DNA from: Candidatus Velthaea sp.
GTDB lineage: Bacteria > Vulcanimicrobiota > Vulcanimicrobiia > Vulcanimicrobiales > Vulcanimicrobiaceae
DNA length: 64,000 nt
NCBI GenBank assembly: GCA_965214935.1
Contig: CBDCCS010000021.1
Location: 288,001-352,000, forward strand
Direction: 5' to 3'
In this document: positions 18,086-27,616 of the stretch, in pieces
How positions within the stretch are numbered: position 1 is the first letter of the stretch
Layout of the letters: each line of letters starts with the position of its first letter
Program-made: the position numbers and the translations under genes
Notes under the pieces: generated by a model
Seen by the model: only the letters and a program-made list of their open reading frames with translations
Told to the model about the DNA's origin: nothing
Databases searched by the model: none

Positions 18086-20141
18086 TTGCATCTGCGCGCG
18101 TCGCAGCTTAACCTACGCCGTTCTGCGGCTGGCTTTCGCAATCGCATTGCTCGCCGGCGCGCGGGCCGTCGAAGCGCATGCGACGCTGCAGCGCGACACG
18201 GTCATTCGCGAACCATTCGATGCGCGTTCGGTCGGTTCAGCCGCGGATCGGTGCGCCAATTTCTTCGCCTATGCGAACGGCGGGCACGAAACGGCATTTT
18301 TTTCCGGGAAGCTGGATCCCAGGGCGATCGACGCGGTTCTCGACGTCCGAACCGACAACATCGTGCATCAGATCCTCGTCACGGCCGAGCACGGCGCCGG
18401 CAGCCGGACGCACAAGCTCGCGACCCTGTACCGCACGTGTATGGACGACGCTGCAATCGAACGGCACGGTCTGCAACCGATCGCAGCCGAGCTTTCCGCG
18501 ATCGACGCGATACGTCGTAAGCGCGATCTGGTGTCCGCAATCGCGCGCCTGCACGATAGCGGCGTCGCGGTTGCATTCACATTCGGCCCAGGGCAAGATT
18601 ATCACGATTCGGCAGTCACGATCGGCGAGTTCGCGCAAACCGATTTAGGTATTTCCACCCGCGAATATTACTTGCGCAGCGACACCGCCGCACGGCTCTT
18701 GCGGACCCAATATCAAGCGTATTTGTCCGCGCTGCTCGCAGCTAGCGGCGAACGCGCCGGAGCTGCGCGAAGCGCTGCGATCATCGCGCTCGAAACACGC
18801 TTGGCGCGCGCTTCGATGTCCATCGCCGACTTGCACGAACCGCACCGTCTCGACCACCCGATGACCCTGGCAACGATCGCCGCACTGACCCCGCATCTTG
18901 CGCTCCGCCGCTATCTTGTCGCCGAGCACGTTGCGCCAACCGGTACGATCAACGTTGCTCAGCCGGCATTTTTCCGAGCGGTCGATCGGGCCGTCGTCGA
19001 CGTTCCGCTGCGCGCGTGGAAAGATTATCTCCGCTCGCGCCTGCTCGACACATTTGCACCGGCGCTTCCAAAGCGCTTTGCGAGCCCGTATTCTGCTTTT
19101 CACGCTGCACTGACCGGAAACGACGGGCCCGCACCCTTTCCGCGTTGGGAGCGGTGCGTCGATTCCGCCAACGCGCTCTTAGGCGATACCGTCGCCGCGG
19201 CATATGTCAAGGACGCCTATCCTGCGACGCTGCACAGCGCCGCCGTTGCCTTAGCCGTCCGTATCAAGACCGCGTTTCGTGACGAGCTCGTGAGCCGAAC
19301 GGACCTAAGCCCGCGCACCAAGCGCAATGCGCTCGCGAAGCTCGATGCCATGCGCTTGAACATCGGCTATCCGCAACGCCGGCGCGACTATCGGTCGTAT
19401 ACGGTTGGGCTCGATTCGTATGCCGCCAACGTTGCGCGCGGTGCGCGCTACGAACATCGCTGGGAACTAGACACGATCGGCCGGAAGCTAGATCGTACGT
19501 TCGCAGCAGACCCCGATACACTGCCGCAAACGGTCAACGCCGACAGCGACCTGCAGCGCAATGAGATTACGGTACCGGCGGCGATGTTCGCGCGACCCAA
19601 TTTCGATGCCGCCGGCGACGACGCGGCAAATCTCGGTGCGATGGGTGGCGGCATCATCGGTCATGAAATGATGCATGGTTTCGACGATGAGGGCGCCCAA
19701 CTCGATGCCGCCGGAAAGCTGCGCGATTGGTGGTCATCGCACGACTTAGCGCAGAAACGGCGTGCCGAGCGCTGCGTTATGGATCAATACCGCCGGATCG
19801 ATGTCGGTGGCGAGCATTACAACGGCCGGCTCATTGCCGGCGAGGCGATCGCCGATCTCGGCGGCGTGCTCGTCGGGTATCGGGCACTGCGTTCGTCGCT
19901 GGCGCGACACGCCGGCAAGCGAATCGACGGATTCACGCCCGAACAACGCTATTTCCTCGCCTTCGCGCAATCGTGGGGCAACGACCTCGAGTTCGACCTG
20001 GGGCCGCCGGATCAGCGCGTGCTCTTCGACGAACATCCGCTGGCGCGCGACCGCGTCAACGCGACGCTGGCCAATGTCCCCGCGTGGTATGCGGCGTTCG
20101 GCTGCAACATACCACCGCATCCGCTCTGCGACATCTGGTAA
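18072..20141 (+). CDS. Second, divergent M13-family metallopeptidase; start approximate
   Basis: Paralogue of the upstream gene: CANFFAYA, HEMMH, GEAIAD, DEHP; hydrophobic signal-like N-terminus. Confidence 0.88.
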   Translation: MRFGDCICARRSLTYAVLRLAFAIALLAGARAVEAHATLQRDTVIREPFDARSVGSAADRCANFFAYANGGHETAFFSGKLDPRAIDAVLDVRTDNIVHQILVTAEHGAGSRTHKLATLYRTCMDDAAIERHGLQPIAAELSAIDAIRRKRDLVSAIARLHDSGVAVAFTFGPGQDYHDSAVTIGEFAQTDLGISTREYYLRSDTAARLLRTQYQAYLSALLAASGERAGAARSAAIIALETRLARASMSIADLHEPHRLDHPMTLATIAALTPHLALRRYLVAEHVAPTGTINVAQPAFFRAVDRAVVDVPLRAWKDYLRSRLLDTFAPALPKRFASPYSAFHAALTGNDGPAPFPRWERCVDSANALLGDTVAAAYVKDAYPATLHSAAVALAVRIKTAFRDELVSRTDLSPRTKRNALAKLDAMRLNIGYPQRRRDYRSYTVGLDSYAANVARGARYEHRWELDTIGRKLDRTFAADPDTLPQTVNADSDLQRNEITVPAAMFARPNFDAAGDDAANLGAMGGGIIGHEMMHGFDDEGAQLDAAGKLRDWWSSHDLAQKRRAERCVMDQYRRIDVGGEHYNGRLIAGEAIADLGGVLVGYRALRSSLARHAGKRIDGFTPEQRYFLAFAQSWGNDLEFDLGPPDQRVLFDEHPLARDRVNATLANVPAWYAAFGCNIPPHPLCDIW

Positions 20142-20281
20142 ACAAAGTGCGACACGAGCGTAGTCGTCATTGGCTCGCTGTCTATTTTCGTAGCTCGCGT
20201 GGCACGCCAGACCGAACTCGCCTCAATGACTTCACGGAGCTCAAATAAAAGTTTGCCGAGACTGAAGGCGAATCTGTTTAG

Positions 20282-20752
20282 ATGCCGCTTACACCTCACG
20301 AGCCACCTCGCCGCGCCCATAAATTTGATATTATTGCGTATGACGGCCACGACACACCGGTCCTTGTCGTTGAGATCAAACGGAGTGGCGATGTCCGGTC
20401 TCTGGAACAGCTCGTGGAAGATACAAAGCGCTATGTGGAATCCGCGCCGCGTCATGCGTTGTTTTTCTTGATTGCAAACCCGGATAACATCTACGTGTAT
20501 AAACACGAAGCGAACAGCTCTTGGACGTTAGCTCGTACGTTCGATGCTCCCACGATCTTCCGGCACTATGATAATGCGTACGGTGAAAATTCAATATACG
20601 AGCATTACCTAAATTCGCTCGTTCAAGCATGGTTGAACGACATCTCCTACAATTGGCATACGCAAAGCCCCCCTGAAAGGGGAGCCTTCGAAGAATTAGG
20701 GTTACTCACAATCCTCCGAGATGGCTCAATGGCAGCCGATGCGATGCTTTGA
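20282..20752 (+). CDS. Hypothetical protein with PD-(D/E)XK restriction-endonuclease-like motif
   Basis: FDIIAYD...VLVVEIKR (D...ExK); low-GC region; stop overlaps the start of the next gene. Confidence 0.55.
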   Translation: MPLTPHEPPRRAHKFDIIAYDGHDTPVLVVEIKRSGDVRSLEQLVEDTKRYVESAPRHALFFLIANPDNIYVYKHEANSSWTLARTFDAPTIFRHYDNAYGENSIYEHYLNSLVQAWLNDISYNWHTQSPPERGAFEELGLLTILRDGSMAADAML

Positions 20753-21342
20753 AGCGCTTATATCTCGAGACAAATTTCATCGTTGGTCAAGCTTTTTCGC
20801 AAGATCTGCCTGCCGATTCAATACTACCGATCGCTACTGCGCTTGGAGCTGAACTCTGCATTCCGTCTGTCTGTGCGCAAGAGGCGCTTTCAACCGTAGA
20901 ATGGCGTAATAGAAGCAGTGACAAATTCAGCGGGACGCTAAAAAGCAAGCTTAACGAGCTACGCGCGGACCAATCCGCAACAGCTCGAAGGCTCGTTATA
21001 TTGTTAAATCAGGCACTGCTTGAAAACGGTCGCTTAGTGAACGAGCGACAGATACGTTTGGCGGCAATATTTCAATCGCTTCTGAAGGTACGCTTTGCCC
21101 ATGTTGACCCGATTCTTACGCATCGAGCGGTTTCGGCACCTATTTTGGAGGGTGCCGCCGACAATCTGATTCTGTACGCTGTTACTTTTGATGCCGCCAC
21201 CAAACCGCTTCGAGATATGGCTTTTTTTACATTAAACGTCAGCGACTTTGGGGCTACGGCGGTAGTCTCAGCTTTAGCTGCCGTTAACGTCACCTTGCTT
21301 ACTGATTCGAACGATGTTATTATATGGTTAAATACGCCTTAA
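20749..21342 (+). CDS. PIN-domain protein (putative RNase)
   Basis: LYLETNF, IPSVCAQEA, ADNLIL and FFTLNVSDF match the PIN acidic-residue pattern; TTG start in a TTGA overlap. Confidence 0.72.
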   Translation: MKRLYLETNFIVGQAFSQDLPADSILPIATALGAELCIPSVCAQEALSTVEWRNRSSDKFSGTLKSKLNELRADQSATARRLVILLNQALLENGRLVNERQIRLAAIFQSLLKVRFAHVDPILTHRAVSAPILEGAADNLILYAVTFDAATKPLRDMAFFTLNVSDFGATAVVSALAAVNVTLLTDSNDVIIWLNTP

Positions 21343-21680
21343 CAAACAGTCAATAATTGATATATAGCATCATCTCGAGGTTCTGCTGTGGTTGATCCAT
21401 TGTTGTTGTGCAAGATTTGCTGCACTCGAAATCATGCCAACGAACTTTGGGTTACCAAGGTTTGCGTCGATTGCAAATATGCAAGTCGTTCAGGGTCGTA
21501 ACTTAGCAACCGTTTGACGCGTAGAATTAGCAAGTTCGCTTGCGAAGAGTCGACTTCCCGATGGCAACACTCGTACACACAAGGTTTTTGAGCGGCGCAC
21601 ATTGAGCCGACGCATGAGATTCTATTCATTGCCGCGCTAGGCATAGGATGCGTCTAAGCCGTCGAGGGATAGGTAACGGC

Positions 21681-22142
21681 GTGCAAGGCAAGGCGAATTT
21701 TCGCGGTCACCCGCTCCACTTGATGCTCATTTCGTTTCCGGTTGCTTTTTGGACCGGCGCGTTGTTTACCGATGCCGTCGGCGCGTTGCGGCACGACGGG
21801 TTCTGGTTTCAGATGAGCGTCGTGCTGATCGCGATGGGAACGGTCATCGCCATTCTCGCGTCGGTGTGCGGCTACGTCGATTACTTAACCGTGCGCATGA
21901 CGCGCAAAGCGCGCAGCGTTGCGACCGGTCACCTCTATTGGAGTCTCGCCGCCACGGTCACGTTCACACTGGCCTATGTTACGCGCGTGCACGCGCCGCA
22001 GTCAGTGCTGGGCATCGCGTTAACGGTCGGCGGCGCGCTCGTGCTGCTCGTCGGCGGCTATCTGGGAAGCGAACTTGCGAATCGGTACCGTATCGGCATT
22101 CTGGAAGCGCCGGCGCTGCCGGTCAAGCGTGCGCGGCTTTGA
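21681..22142 (+). CDS. DUF2231-family membrane protein
   Basis: GHPLHLMLISFPV N-terminus, four hydrophobic helices, GGYLGSEL ending. Confidence 0.8.
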   Translation: MQGKANFRGHPLHLMLISFPVAFWTGALFTDAVGALRHDGFWFQMSVVLIAMGTVIAILASVCGYVDYLTVRMTRKARSVATGHLYWSLAATVTFTLAYVTRVHAPQSVLGIALTVGGALVLLVGGYLGSELANRYRIGILEAPALPVKRARL

Positions 22143-22497
22143 ACGCGGCCCAGCCGCCATAGTGCGAGATGTCGGCGTAGCCGCGCGCTTCAATCACGTC
22201 GCGCGGGTAGATCATTGCCGGGACGCTCGTTCCGTCCGCAAGCTGTATCGGCGCTTCGTATAAATCGGGCGGTTCGGTCGCAAGCAGATGCGCGTGTTCG
22301 GCGTCGCTGAGCTCGTAAATTTCGCCCCTGATCGATACCCCGCCACTCGGCACCTCGTAAATGCCCGGATGTTTGTCGGCGACGGAATGCAAGCGATAAA
22401 TCGCTGCGGTTTGCGCTTCGCGCACGAACGCCGCGCCGCTCAGATTCGCATGATCGGGTTGCCCGCGTAAAGCGGAGCCGCAAATAAAGAAGAACAT
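22123..22497 (-). CDS. Stand-alone gamma-glutamylcyclotransferase-fold protein related to the allophanate hydrolase C-terminal domain
   Basis: FICGSALRGQPDH, QTAAIYRL, HPG, SIRGEIYEL, EPPDL and DISHYGGWAAF match the AtzF C-domain pattern. Confidence 0.75.
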   Translation of the reverse strand: MFFFICGSALRGQPDHANLSGAAFVREAQTAAIYRLHSVADKHPGIYEVPSGGVSIRGEIYELSDAEHAHLLATEPPDLYEAPIQLADGTSVPAMIYPRDVIEARGYADISHYGGWAAFKAAHA

Positions 22498-22516
22498 CTC
22501 GTTACTGCTTTCGACG

Positions 22517-23737
22517 TTATGCTGCAAACTCTCGATCGACCGCGATGAGTGTCGCGGCCAAGGCCTCGACGCCGATTTCGAGATCGGCTGCCGACGTTGC
22601 TTCAAACGCGACATGACTGTGGCCGCCGATACTGGGCACGAAGATCATCGCCGCCGGAGCGATCTTTGCCAAGCACATCGCATCGTGTCCGGCGCCGCTG
22701 GGAATCTCAATCGAGCGCGGATCGAGCGCGTCGCACGCATGCCGCACGATTTCACGCAGCCGTTCATCCATCGGTGAGGCTGCCCGCAGCTCGATACGCT
22801 CGACCGTTACCGGGGTGCCACGCGCGTTCGCAATCGTCGCAGCGTCGGCTCGGATGAGCCGCTCGATTTCCGCGATGCGTGCGTCGTCCACCGAACGCGC
22901 GTCGACACGCAGAACGACGCGCCCAGGGACGATATTGGTTTGATTCGGCTCGATCGTGAACCAGCCGACCGTTGCGACCGATTCACCGACGTTTATGGCT
23001 GCCCGTTCGACGGCCAGAACGACGTCGGCCGCAGCGCACAGCGCGTCGGCGCGAGCTGCCATCGGAATCGTGCCTGCGTGACCGCTGCGCCCGCTAATTT
23101 CGATGCGTAGGCGGCGTTGGCCGGCAATCGCGCTAACCGCACCGAGCCGCGCGCCGCAGCGCTCGAGCACTGGCCCCTGCTCGATGTGCAGTTCCAGATA
23201 GGCACGCGGCACCGTGAACGCATCGCGCACCGGCACGTCCGACAGTAAGCCGTTCGGGCCGCTCCGAGCCAGCGTGAACGGCTCGCCGTCATCATCGGCG
23301 ACAAGCGCTTCGATTTCCGTGTAGGGCGTTAATCGCGCGAAGGCCGAGCTGCCCAGACAACCAAGCGGAAATCGGCTCCCTTCCTCGCCGGCCCAGGCGA
23401 CGACCTCGAGCGAGTGGCGCAGCGCAGGGCCGTCGCGCGCAATTCGTTCGAGCGCTTCGAGACCACCGACGACGCCGAGCGCTCCATCGTAAGCGCCGCC
23501 GCCTTTGACCGTATCGAGGTGCGAACCGCATTGGATCGGTGCCGTTTCGGTGCCGGCGCGCAAGCAGGCAAAGACGTTTCCGGCCCGGTCCTGTTCGACC
23601 GTCAGACCGCCGGCGCGCGCCCAATCCGCAAACCGGCTTCGTGCGGTGTATTCGGCCGGCGTGAACAGCGCACGATCGATCCCGTCGATACCGGCGCCGA
23701 GCGCGGCGAGTTCTGCCAGTCGCGCATGAACGTTCAC
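22517..23737 (-). CDS. M20-family amidohydrolase, probably allantoate amidohydrolase (N-carbamoylase family)
   Basis: GSHLDTV, GGAYDGALGV, EEGSRF, ELHIEQGPVL, HAGT and SGAGHDA motifs; in operon with puuE. Confidence 0.85.
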   Translation of the reverse strand: MNVHARLAELAALGAGIDGIDRALFTPAEYTARSRFADWARAGGLTVEQDRAGNVFACLRAGTETAPIQCGSHLDTVKGGGAYDGALGVVGGLEALERIARDGPALRHSLEVVAWAGEEGSRFPLGCLGSSAFARLTPYTEIEALVADDDGEPFTLARSGPNGLLSDVPVRDAFTVPRAYLELHIEQGPVLERCGARLGAVSAIAGQRRLRIEISGRSGHAGTIPMAARADALCAAADVVLAVERAAINVGESVATVGWFTIEPNQTNIVPGRVVLRVDARSVDDARIAEIERLIRADAATIANARGTPVTVERIELRAASPMDERLREIVRHACDALDPRSIEIPSGAGHDAMCLAKIAPAAMIFVPSIGGHSHVAFEATSAADLEIGVEALAATLIAVDREFAA

Positions 23738-24747
23738 GCCTGCAGCGTTTCAGCGGCCGAATCGACGCGGGCGAGGTACGCCGCGCGCTCGGACGCGCTG
23801 ATAAACGCCGCCTCGAAGCTGTTGCGCGCAACGTTAACGAGACTTTCGGCGGACAGCGCCAGCGCTTGTGCGACGGCAAGATAATTGTCTGCAATGTAGC
23901 CGCCGAAGTAAGCTGGATCGTCAGAGTTGATCGTCGCCACAAGCCCGGCGTCGAGCATGCGTTGCAACGGATGATCGGCAAGCGTCGGGCAGACGCGCAG
24001 TTTTACGTTCGAGAGCGGGCAAACGGTAAGCGGGACGCGGCGTTCGCGCAAGCGCGCGACAAGTGCGGGATCTTCCAAGCTGCGCACGCCGTGATCGATT
24101 CGCGACACCTGCAGCACGTCGAGAGCCTCCCAAACATACGCCGGCGGGCCTTCCTCACCGGCATGCGCGACGGTCTTCCACCCGGCCACCCGGGCACGCT
24201 CGAAAACGCGCGCAAATTTCGCGGGCGGATGACCGGCTTCGGCCGAGTCGAGACCGACGGCGACGATACGCTCGCCGTACGGCAACGCCGCTTCGAGCGT
24301 CTGCATTGCCGATTCAGCGCTCCAATCGCGTAAAAAGCACATGATGAGTTTTGCCGAGACACCGTAGCGTTCTTCGCTGCTCGTTATCGCCGACCACAAA
24401 CCGTCGATCACCGTTTGAAACGGCACGCCGCGTGCCGTGTGTGCCTGTGGATCGAAAAAGATTTCAGCATGCAGCACCCCTTGGCTACCTGCGCGCGCTA
24501 AATAGGCGTCCATCAGTTCCGCAAAGTCGGCTTCGCTGCGCAGCACCGTCATCGCCGCGTAGTATAACGTGAGAAACGAACCGAGATCGCGAAAGTCGTA
24601 TGCGGCTCGCAGCGACTCGACCGAAGAGTACGGTAGAACGATGCGATTACGCTCTGCCAACGCAAAAATAAGATCGGGTTCGAACGTGCCCTCGATATGT
24701 ACGTGCAATTCGGCTTTGGGCAGACGGAAAGCGGCCGGCGCGATCAT
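23734..24747 (-). CDS. Adenine/adenosine deaminase
   Basis: PKAELHVHIEG, FFDPQAH, HAGEEG, RIDHG and NSDDPAYFGG motifs; ATG 24747 overlaps the puuE stop. Confidence 0.9.
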   Translation of the reverse strand: MIAPAAFRLPKAELHVHIEGTFEPDLIFALAERNRIVLPYSSVESLRAAYDFRDLGSFLTLYYAAMTVLRSEADFAELMDAYLARAGSQGVLHAEIFFDPQAHTARGVPFQTVIDGLWSAITSSEERYGVSAKLIMCFLRDWSAESAMQTLEAALPYGERIVAVGLDSAEAGHPPAKFARVFERARVAGWKTVAHAGEEGPPAYVWEALDVLQVSRIDHGVRSLEDPALVARLRERRVPLTVCPLSNVKLRVCPTLADHPLQRMLDAGLVATINSDDPAYFGGYIADNYLAVAQALALSAESLVNVARNSFEAAFISASERAAYLARVDSAAETLQA

Positions 24748-25661
24748 ACGCCGGCCGGGTGATGTGCGATCCAGTGTCGCGCGATGTCGACTCGCCGGCA
24801 AATCCAAATGTCGTCGAAGGTCATGAGATAATCGAGGAAACGTTCGAGTGCAGCGGCGCGACCCGGCCGGCCGGCAAGTCGCGTATGCAAACCGACGGAC
24901 ATCATTTTTGGTTGTTGCGCGCCCTCGCGATACAGCACGTCGAACGCATCTTTAAGATACGAGAAAAAACCGTCGCCCGACGTGAACCCGGGCGCGACGG
25001 AAAATTTCATGTCGTTGTTATCGAGCGTATAGGGAATCACTAAATGCGCTTTCGCGCCGACGCGGGTCCAATACGGCAAGTCGTCGTTGTAGCCATCGGA
25101 ATCGTACAAAAATCCGCCTTCTTCGACGACGAGCCGCCGCGTGTTCAAGCTCGGCGCGTATCGGCAGTACCACCCATACGGCCGGATACCGATCGTGTGC
25201 TCGAGCGAGGCAACGGCGCGGCGCATTTGCTCCCGTTCCTCGGCTTCATCCATATTTTGAAAACCGATCCAGCGCCAACCGTGGCAGCAGACTTCGTGAC
25301 CGGCCGACCGTAACGCCGCTGCAGCGGCCGGGTTTCTTTCCAGAGCAAGTGCCGCGCCGAATACGGTGACGGGTATGCGCCGGTCGGCGAACATGCGCAT
25401 GAGCCGCCAAAAACCGGCGCGGCTGCCGTATTCGTAGACCGATTCGACGATTAGATCGCGCTTACCGGGACCAAGCGTCGCACCGGGAACTTCGGTGAGA
25501 TACGATTCGGAAATACCGTCGCCGTCGCCGATCGAATATTCCGAACCCTCTTCGTAGTTCATGACGATCTGGACCGCTAGACGCGCACCGCCCGGCCAAT
25601 GCGGATGCGGCGGCGTTTCACCGTAGCCGACAAAATCGCGGGCATGGACATCGTCCATCAA
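24744..25661 (-). CDS. puuE: Allantoinase PuuE (polysaccharide deacetylase fold)
   Basis: RDFVGYG, NYEEG, ESVYEYGSRAGFWR, HGWRW, PYTLDNNDM and MMSVGLH motifs. Confidence 0.9.
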   Translation of the reverse strand: MMDDVHARDFVGYGETPPHPHWPGGARLAVQIVMNYEEGSEYSIGDGDGISESYLTEVPGATLGPGKRDLIVESVYEYGSRAGFWRLMRMFADRRIPVTVFGAALALERNPAAAAALRSAGHEVCCHGWRWIGFQNMDEAEEREQMRRAVASLEHTIGIRPYGWYCRYAPSLNTRRLVVEEGGFLYDSDGYNDDLPYWTRVGAKAHLVIPYTLDNNDMKFSVAPGFTSGDGFFSYLKDAFDVLYREGAQQPKMMSVGLHTRLAGRPGRAAALERFLDYLMTFDDIWICRRVDIARHWIAHHPAGV

Positions 25662-25722
25662 CGAGCACGTTCGCCGGTCGCGCGCGTCCGTCGTGATCCC
25701 ATTGCTTAACCGGTCTCCCGTA

Positions 25723-26493
25723 TTACCACAGACTGTAGCCGCCGTCGGCTACCACGACGGCGCCGGTCATGAAACTCGATGCATCGGAGGCCAAATACAC
25801 GACGGTCGGGCCGAGTTCGTCCGGCCGCCCGGGGCGTTGCATCGGCGTATCTTCGATCCAATACCGCTTGAATTTCGGATCGTCGACGGGCGACATCGCC
25901 GTTGCAATATAACCCGGTGCGATCGCATTGACGCGCACGTTGAACGGCGCCCATTCGGCGGCAAGCGAACGCGTAAGATGGTGCACGGCCGCTTTCGATG
26001 CGTTATACGCGGGCTGAAACTGCGGCCGGTTGACGATTGATGCGGACATCGAGCCGACGTTGATGATGACGCCCGAGCGGCGCTCGACCATTCGCCGCCC
26101 GACGATTTGCGAACAGTACCATAAGCCATGCACGTTTACGTCAAAAACGTGATGCCACTCGTCATCCGGAACGTCGACGGCATCGCGATGATGACAGACG
26201 CCGGCATTGTTGACCAGAATATCGATCGGGCCGAAGCGGTCGTTGACGGCGCCGGCAAGCGCCTCGATCGATGCGCGGTCCGTCACGTCGAGTTCCATAC
26301 CGACGGCATGACCGCCGGCGGCTTCGATCGCCGCCGCTTCGTCTTGGCAACCTTGCAGATCGCGCGCGGCGACGACGACCTGCGCTCCGACATCGGCGAG
26401 CGCGCGGGCCAAACTCGCTCCGATCCCGGTGCGACCGCCGGTAACTACGGCAACTTTCCCATCGAGCTTAAACGTATCGAGTAACGACATCAT
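25723..26493 (-). CDS. SDR-family oxidoreductase
   Basis: TGGRTGIG, NNAG and YNASK catalytic motifs. Confidence 0.9.
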   Translation of the reverse strand: MMSLLDTFKLDGKVAVVTGGRTGIGASLARALADVGAQVVVAARDLQGCQDEAAAIEAAGGHAVGMELDVTDRASIEALAGAVNDRFGPIDILVNNAGVCHHRDAVDVPDDEWHHVFDVNVHGLWYCSQIVGRRMVERRSGVIINVGSMSASIVNRPQFQPAYNASKAAVHHLTRSLAAEWAPFNVRVNAIAPGYIATAMSPVDDPKFKRYWIEDTPMQRPGRPDELGPTVVYLASDASSFMTGAVVVADGGYSLW

Positions 26494-26551
26494 GTTTCTC
26501 CGAGCCGGCGCATTCGTGCGCTGTTAGCTATTCGGCATGCCGGCCCCCGGT

Positions 26552-27433
26552 TCACACGTCGTGGTGCAACGGCACGATAACGCGTAATGCGCGCGGTGCC
26601 ACGCGAAAGCACGCCGGCGTTCTGCCGATGACATCGCCGTCGACGGCAATTGCAACGCGCGGCGATGTTGTTATCCGAATTTTACGCGCCGAGAAATACC
26701 GTGCATTGCCGAGATCCGTTTGTTTTCCGGCGGCAAGCGCGACGTACGTTGCGCCAAGCGCCCACTTACCGGCAGCAGTCGTCGTGTATAGCGCCAGCCG
26801 CGCATCGGTGAGCGTGGCGTCCGGTGCAATCGGCGTGTCGCCGAAAAAGCGTCCGTTCGCGACGATGAGATGATGCGTCCGCAGCTTGAGCCGTTGGGAC
26901 TTCCAACGAACGCTGCACGTGAATGCGCGGTGCGCCAGAAGCGGCATAAAACCGGCAACGGCGTACGCAGCGTCGCCGATCGTCTCTTTGAGCGCTGCCG
27001 GCGTCGCGGCCGAGATGTCCGCGGGTAACCCGATCGTCGCGACGTTCGCGAAATACCGCTTGTTGACGCGTCCGAGGTCGACATACTCCAGGTGGCCGCC
27101 GGCGATGACCGCGACGGCCGCATCGAGATCGGCTCTAATGCCGAGCGAACGTGCAAAACTATTTCCGGTACCTAACGGCAGAACGCCCAGCGTCACGTCC
27201 GCATAGGCGAACGCACCGGCGACGCCGCTCAGCGTCCCGTCGCCGCCGCCGACGATAACGAGCTTGCGACCGGCGCGAATGGCGCCTCTCACGTATCGAC
27301 GAACCTCGCGCGAGCCGGCAGCGATGTAGGCTTCGTCGATTGCGATTCCCGCTGCGAGCAGCTTCGAGTACGCCTGCATGAACGAGCTGCTGCGGCTCGA
27401 CCGCGCATTGCCGACAAAAACCGCTCGCTGCAT
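26552..27433 (-). CDS. Diacylglycerol/lipid kinase (YegS/BmrU family)
   Basis: GGGDGT, PLGTGNSFA, NGRFFG and VDGD motifs; start reassigned to ATG 27433 (MQRAVFVGN). Confidence 0.88.
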   Translation of the reverse strand: MQRAVFVGNARSSRSSSFMQAYSKLLAAGIAIDEAYIAAGSREVRRYVRGAIRAGRKLVIVGGGDGTLSGVAGAFAYADVTLGVLPLGTGNSFARSLGIRADLDAAVAVIAGGHLEYVDLGRVNKRYFANVATIGLPADISAATPAALKETIGDAAYAVAGFMPLLAHRAFTCSVRWKSQRLKLRTHHLIVANGRFFGDTPIAPDATLTDARLALYTTTAAGKWALGATYVALAAGKQTDLGNARYFSARKIRITTSPRVAIAVDGDVIGRTPACFRVAPRALRVIVPLHHDV

Positions 27434-27616
27434 GTTACGCACGTTCGGCTTCAAGCGCCGAGCGATCATGCTGTCCGGCGCTTCCATCGTATCTTCGGTC
27501 GACGCCGGTCCGAAAAAACTGTTTAAATTAGGGGACCGCCGGGTCGGCCGGGTTAAATGCTTCGGCATGAAGCTGATGTGTTGCCAACCACTACGCTGCA
27601 TCCAAGCCGGTCGCCG

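Noticed and set aside
21432..21644. 70-aa minus-strand ORF at the edge of the low-GC island
   Set aside because: No motif or clear RBS; cannot be distinguished from chance.
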